Virus record (IMG/VR): IMGVR_UViG_3300046010_001786
Strand: one strand, 5' to 3'
Length of the DNA: 20,000 nucleotides
Source of the DNA: an uncultured virus (IMG/VR IMGVR_UViG_3300046010_001786)
Lineage: Duplodnaviria; Heunggongvirae; Uroviricota; Caudoviricetes
In this document: one piece after another, positions 15,855-20,000 of the stretch
How positions within the stretch are numbered: the first letter of the stretch is position 1
Layout of the letters: each line of letters opens with the position of its first letter
Notes under the pieces: generated by a model
What the model was told of the DNA's origin: nothing
What the model saw: only the letters and a program-made list of their open reading frames with translations
The model's database searches: none
Made by a program: the position numbers and the translations under genes

Positions 15855-16450
15855 AGGTGTAGCCCAGTCAATGATTCGTCTTGCCCAAAGTTGCCGATGG
15901 GGAAGGTGTTAAACGACAGACTAATGCGAGTCTGCTTACCCTCTACGGTCTCAACCATGTGCGTCAGGTGAGAGGGGAATATAAAGAGTCGGCCTGTGTA
16001 GGCTTCCATCCACCAAGACTCAGAGTTGTACGGATTGAAGTCTTCTGTAGGCGTCTTTAGTTGCTGATACCCGTCACGGTAGAAATAGATCTTGTCCGTT
16101 TCTTTATCGGCCTGGGGGTAAAACACACCAGAGACAAACGAATTGGGGTGAGCGTGTTTGTGGTGAAACTGACCCGGCTCGGTGTAATTGCACCATGACT
16201 GCGTGATGCGGAGCGTGGTCTCGTGCTTGGGGGCGTAGACGGCCTTGAAATAATTGGCAACAGACTGCTCAATAAAGTCCTTCACACCCTTTAGTTCAGG
16301 GTTCTTTAGGATCGTGTTATCGACGCTTGTGGTATTGCCCATGTTATTGCGCTTCTCTTGGTTCTTGATGAACGCAATTTCTGTCTCGGTAAAGTCACGC
16401 CCGAGGTCGAACATACTTAATGCGGTAGGAAATAGGTTGTGGATATTCAC
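15851..16450 (-). CDS. 2OG-Fe(II) oxygenase, HxH type (TIGR02466-like)
   Basis: LFPT N-terminus, QSWCN, HAHPNSFVSGVFY, LFIFPSHLTHMV and RISLSFN. GTG start overlapping the upstream TGA. Confidence 0.9.
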   Translation of the reverse strand: MNIHNLFPTALSMFDLGRDFTETEIAFIKNQEKRNNMGNTTSVDNTILKNPELKGVKDFIEQSVANYFKAVYAPKHETTLRITQSWCNYTEPGQFHHKHAHPNSFVSGVFYPQADKETDKIYFYRDGYQQLKTPTEDFNPYNSESWWMEAYTGRLFIFPSHLTHMVETVEGKQTRISLSFNTFPIGNFGQDESLTGLHL

Positions 16451-16704
16451 GCTACCGCCTTCTCTAAGGCTTCTACTTGACCGGTGAGTCGTGCCCAGTC
16501 TTCTGGCAACCAGATAGTATTGATGGACTCTTCAAACTGACGAATCTTTTCCATCGTCTCGTCAATCTCTTCCCATGTCGGGCAAGGTCTTGGGTCATCC
16601 CACCGAGTAATGATGCGGTTTGATATTTCCCACTTAGCACCTGGGCGCAAGAGTTCCATTGCGGTATTGATGCCAAAAAGCCTATAAATTTTTGCCTGAT
16701 TCAT
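16447..16704 (-). CDS. XkdW-like small protein (putative fibre chaperone/accessory)
   Basis: AMELLRPGAKWEI...ITRWDDPRPCPTWEEI pattern followed by a helix. Directly after the Gly-rich gene, with a purine-rich RBS (AGGAGAGGGG). Confidence 0.6.
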   Translation of the reverse strand: MNQAKIYRLFGINTAMELLRPGAKWEISNRIITRWDDPRPCPTWEEIDETMEKIRQFEESINTIWLPEDWARLTGQVEALEKAVA

Positions 16705-16714
16705 TCCCTCTCCT

Positions 16715-19700
16715 TTACCAACGAATTATGACAATTCCTGCGCCGCCTGCGCCGCCTGCATATCCAATATTATAAGTTGGGTTATTCGTACCGCCGCCAC
16801 CGCCGCCGCCACCCGTGTTAACAACTCCATTTGAACCAGCAGTATTTGTTGGGCCACCGTCGCCGCCACCCCCTGTACCACCAGTTCCCCTCGTAGCACC
16901 GCCCCCACCACCGCCCCCACCACCAGCGTAAGTTACAGACACACCAGAAATCGACGACGCTGTACCAGTGCCACCATTACCGGATTGTGTTGTTGTCCCA
17001 TTGGCCCCAACTGCTGATGCGCCGCCACCACCCCCCGCTCCATAGTTTGCAGAGGCAGTGTTATTTCCACCGTTATTGCCTTGTGATGGAGACACTGATG
17101 GTGTGTCACCAGCCCCTCCTGTCAAACTTGCTGCACGAATCCCAGCGCCGCCGCCAGAACCACCAGAACCACCATTACCTGCTGTTGCTGCAATTCCCGC
17201 AGCGCCAAACCCTCCACCGGCAGATGTTATGGTACTAAATACTGAATTTGACCCGGCCACACCATTATTTAAAGCAGGGGCAGTTGCCTGAGCACCGCCA
17301 CTGCCTCCAGCGCCTACTGTTACTGTATAAGACGTTCCAGCAGTGACTGCCAAACCGTTTCCAGTGCGATAACCCCCCGCACCTCCGCCACCGCCGCCCG
17401 AACCACCTCCACCACCCCCCGCTACAACGAGGTACTCGACTTCAGTAACCCCCGTTGGGCATACCCATGTGCTAGTAGCCTGGAAGATTTGGAAATTGGG
17501 CTTGGAGAGGTATTTAAGGATCACGATACCGGAGCCGCCGTTGCCACCAGTTGCTGACGTTGGTGCATTCCAACCGCCTCCACCAGCACCACCACCTGTG
17601 TTATCTGTGCCATTACCTCCAGCAGTAGCGGCTGGAGTTGCATTACCACCATTTCCACCACCACCTGTACCGCCTGTACCACCTGTAGTTCCACCCCCAC
17701 TATGACCGCCACCACCTCCACCACCGGAATACGTTACTGATGTGCCAGAAATAGAGGATGCTGTGCCGTTACCGCCACCTCGTGCTGGAGAACCGCTTGC
17801 CGATTGACCTACTGCGGATGCGCCACCGCCACCTCCGCCACCAAATAGGGTAGGGCCATAAATTCCTGAACCTCCGTTGTTTCCTTGGCTTGGCGAAACA
17901 GAAGGTGTATTTCCTGTACCGCCTGGGCCAAACGTAGCTGGCCCATCTTTAAGAGTGCCGCCACCACCAGAACCTCCATCTGCTCCCGTAGCAACTGCTG
18001 CCGAAGGGTTATTTATATAAGAACCACCGCCTCCGCCACCCGCAGAAGTAATTGTGCTGAATGTTGAAGACGTTCCAGAGTCAGCTTTTACTGATGAATT
18101 TTTACCAGCACCACCGGCACCAACAGTAACCGGATAAGAAGTTCCTGGGGTAACAGAAAGCCCTGTCCCCGTTCTAAAACCACCAGCACCGCCTCCACCA
18201 CCAATGTGACCACCTCCACCACCGCCAGCCACGACGAGATACTCCACCGTGCTGACCCCTGGTGGGGCTACCCATGTTCCTGAAGATGTAAAGGTGTTTG
18301 TGACCTGTAAGGCTTGAGTCCACTTGAGAATGACAATGCCGGAGCCGCCTGCGCCAGCAGCAATGTTGTCATCTCCAGCGCCGCCTCCGCCTCCGCCTGT
18401 GTTAGCGGTTCCAGCACTTCCAACAGCAGGGGCTTTTCCTCCAGCGCCGCCTCCGCCAGAACCTCCTGAACCAGCCGATCCTCCACTAGATCCCATCCCA
18501 CCGCCACCACCACCTGCATAAGTGAAAGATGATCCAGATATAGTGGATGCGGTTCCATTACCACCATTACCCGATGCGGGAGATGTTGCATTACCACCTA
18601 CCGCACTAGCACCGCCGCCACCTCCAGATGGTCTATTGTTGGCACTTCCAGATGTGAAACCATTGCCCCCATTATTTCCCTGAGATGGCGATGTAACGGG
18701 AGTATTACCAGAGCCGCCAAGCCCCTGTGTCGTGAAAAAACCTCCAGCACCGCCGCCTGATCCACCGTTCCCGCCATTTGTATCAAAACTAGCCCCGTTA
18801 CCCCCACCAGCAGATGTAATGGCGCTGGGTGCATTTCCAAATACGGAATTTGCGCCAGGACTCCCTTGATTATTGGGCGCATTTCCAGTAGCGGCAGCAC
18901 CGCCTGCACCAACAGTTACAGTGTATGAAGTACCTGCGGTAACAGAAAGTCCAGTTCCAGTTCTAAATCCGCCTGCTCCGCCTCCGCCACCCTGTTGCCT
19001 AGCTCCCCCACCCCCACCAGCAACCACAAGGTACTCAACACTTGTCACCCCTTCAGGGGCAGTCCAGTTGCCAGATGATGTAAAGGTCTGAACTACATCA
19101 ATCGTAGTCGCAGGAGTGACCGTGTATTTGATGATGACAATACCTGAGCCGCCGTTGCCACCGTCACCATCTATGGAGGGAGAACTAATAAATGCACCGC
19201 CGCCTCCACCACCACCAGTATTGACTGTGCCAGCCGTAGCATTTCCTGGACTAACACCACTACCACCCGCACCACCACCGCCTGTACCACCTGCGCCTCC
19301 TGTAGTTACAGGGGAACGTGAATCAGATCCTCCGCCACCGCCGCCAGCGTAAGTTACAGATGTACCAGAAATAGAAGATGCTGTGCCATTACCACCCGCA
19401 CCAGCAGTCGTAGTTGTGGCCCCAGTTCCAGTAGCGCCTGCACCGCCACCGCCACCCCCAACGGCATAAGAAGTTCCAGACCCATTTCCTGCTCCACCAT
19501 TATTGCCCTGTGAAGGGGACTGTGTTGGGGTGTTTCCTGTACCACCAGAATAAAAAACTATTGTTGAGGGTGATGTAAACCCTGTACTTCCGCCACCCCC
19601 AGATCCACCATTTTGACCAGAAGAAATATTAGGGTCTGCTGGTGAAGAATAAGATCCACCACCACCACCACCTGCTGACGTAATAGCTGATGGTGCATTA

Positions 19701-19999
19701 CCAAAGGCCGAATCCGTGCCAGCGGAACCTCTTGTTCCTCGTGCTGTAGCAGCATTACCACCTGCCCCAATAGTTACCGTATAAGCAGTTCCAGCGACCA
19801 CGGGCAAGGCTGTACCGGTTCTATATCCACCAGCACCACCACCACCAGCCAAAGTAGATCCACCTCCACCCCCACCAGCAACAACCAAATACTCAACCTC
19901 TGTTACACCAGCAGGGCAGACCCATGTGGTCGAAGAGGTAAACGTCTGGATGACGGTGTAAGGCTGTGCCGCCGATGGGCGAAGAAAACCTAAGAGAGC
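16715..19999 (-). CDS. Glycine-rich tail fibre/adhesin-like protein with four tandem Gly-rich domains (5' end outside the window)
   Basis: The frame stays open upstream of the track's 19888 start (ALLGFLRPSAAQPYTVIQTFTSSTTWVCPAGVTEVEYLVVAGGGGG), so the true start is beyond the edge. Four units each run from F-x-x-[ST]-x-x-W-x-x-P-x-GV-x-x-VEYLVVAGGGGG to GG[SA]GIVI[IL][KR][YW]. Confidence 0.9.
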   Translation of the reverse strand, partial: ALLGFLRPSAAQPYTVIQTFTSSTTWVCPAGVTEVEYLVVAGGGGGGSTLAGGGGAGGYRTGTALPVVAGTAYTVTIGAGGNAATARGTRGSAGTDSAFGNAPSAITSAGGGGGGSYSSPADPNISSGQNGGSGGGGSTGFTSPSTIVFYSGGTGNTPTQSPSQGNNGGAGNGSGTSYAVGGGGGGAGATGTGATTTTAGAGGNGTASSISGTSVTYAGGGGGGSDSRSPVTTGGAGGTGGGGAGGSGVSPGNATAGTVNTGGGGGGGAFISSPSIDGDGGNGGSGIVIIKYTVTPATTIDVVQTFTSSGNWTAPEGVTSVEYLVVAGGGGGARQQGGGGGAGGFRTGTGLSVTAGTSYTVTVGAGGAAATGNAPNNQGSPGANSVFGNAPSAITSAGGGNGASFDTNGGNGGSGGGAGGFFTTQGLGGSGNTPVTSPSQGNNGGNGFTSGSANNRPSGGGGGASAVGGNATSPASGNGGNGTASTISGSSFTYAGGGGGGMGSSGGSAGSGGSGGGGAGGKAPAVGSAGTANTGGGGGGAGDDNIAAGAGGSGIVILKWTQALQVTNTFTSSGTWVAPPGVSTVEYLVVAGGGGGGHIGGGGGAGGFRTGTGLSVTPGTSYPVTVGAGGAGKNSSVKADSGTSSTFSTITSAGGGGGGSYINNPSAAVATGADGGSGGGGTLKDGPATFGPGGTGNTPSVSPSQGNNGGSGIYGPTLFGGGGGGGASAVGQSASGSPARGGGNGTASSISGTSVTYSGGGGGGGHSGGGTTGGTGGTGGGGNGGNATPAATAGGNGTDNTGGGAGGGGWNAPTSATGGNGGSGIVILKYLSKPNFQIFQATSTWVCPTGVTEVEYLVVAGGGGGGSGGGGGGAGGYRTGNGLAVTAGTSYTVTVGAGGSGGAQATAPALNNGVAGSNSVFSTITSAGGGFGAAGIAATAGNGGSGGSGGGAGIRAASLTGGAGDTPSVSPSQGNNGGNNTASANYGAGGGGGASAVGANGTTTQSGNGGTGTASSISGVSVTYAGGGGGGGGGATRGTGGTGGGGDGGPTNTAGSNGVVNTGGGGGGGGTNNPTYNIGYAGGAGGAGIVIIRW
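16718..19960 (-). repeat. Four diverged tandem coding repeats of about 0.8 kb
   Basis: EYLVVAGG anchors near 19890, 19030, 18240 and 17430. Shared motifs GAGG[YF]RTG, G[ND]TP...SPSQGNNGG, GTAS[ST]ISG...TY[AS]GGGGGG and NTGGG. Confidence 0.9.
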
Positions 20000-20000
20000 A

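Noticed and set aside
435..19352. Plus-strand ORFs and nested alternate-frame minus-strand ORFs in the track
   Set aside because: They overlap well-supported, coupled minus-strand genes and read as antisense or frame shadows (e.g. poly-Pro opposite poly-Gly), with no recognisable motifs.
19886..19888. Track start codon (TTG at 19888) of the Gly-rich gene
   Set aside because: It is the Leu of the conserved VEYLVVAGG motif; the frame is open to the window edge.
16715..19999. PE-PGRS, collagen-like protein or CRISPR-like array
   Set aside because: No PE domain, no Gly-X-Y periodicity and no identical repeats with unique spacers. The ccaccgcc runs are Gly codons.
12370..19999. Diversity-generating retroelement targeting the fibres
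   Set aside because: No reverse transcriptase in the window, and neither the 57-nt duplication nor the Gly-rich units show adenine-specific differences.

Overview
All 20 kb are the virion-morphogenesis region of a tailed dsDNA phage or prophage with a podovirus-like layout. Every credible gene is on the minus strand, and most are tightly packed or overlapping. In transcription order (right to left): a glycine-rich fibre/adhesin of four tandem units (starts outside the window); an XkdW-like small protein; two 2OG-Fe(II) oxygenases; a conserved 'MAHFA' protein; a 22-codon mini-ORF; a GIY-YIG homing endonuclease; a tail fibre with a C-terminal peptidase-S74-type chaperone; a small fibre-associated protein; a lysis block (membrane proteins, holin, M15A endolysin); a P22 gp10-like tail hub/nozzle; a small virion protein; and putative internal/ejection proteins around a GNAT-fold gene, ending in a large ORF (start 2500) that runs off the left edge and is missing from the ORF track. 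The most striking feature is at 13963-14886. The first 19 codons of the tail fibre gene occur on both sides of the AT-rich endonuclease, 18/19 identical in protein but only 39/57 identical in DNA. This suggests an intron-less homing cassette that invades an essential gene and repairs it with its own recoded 5' end. Family assignments come from motif recognition, not database searches.
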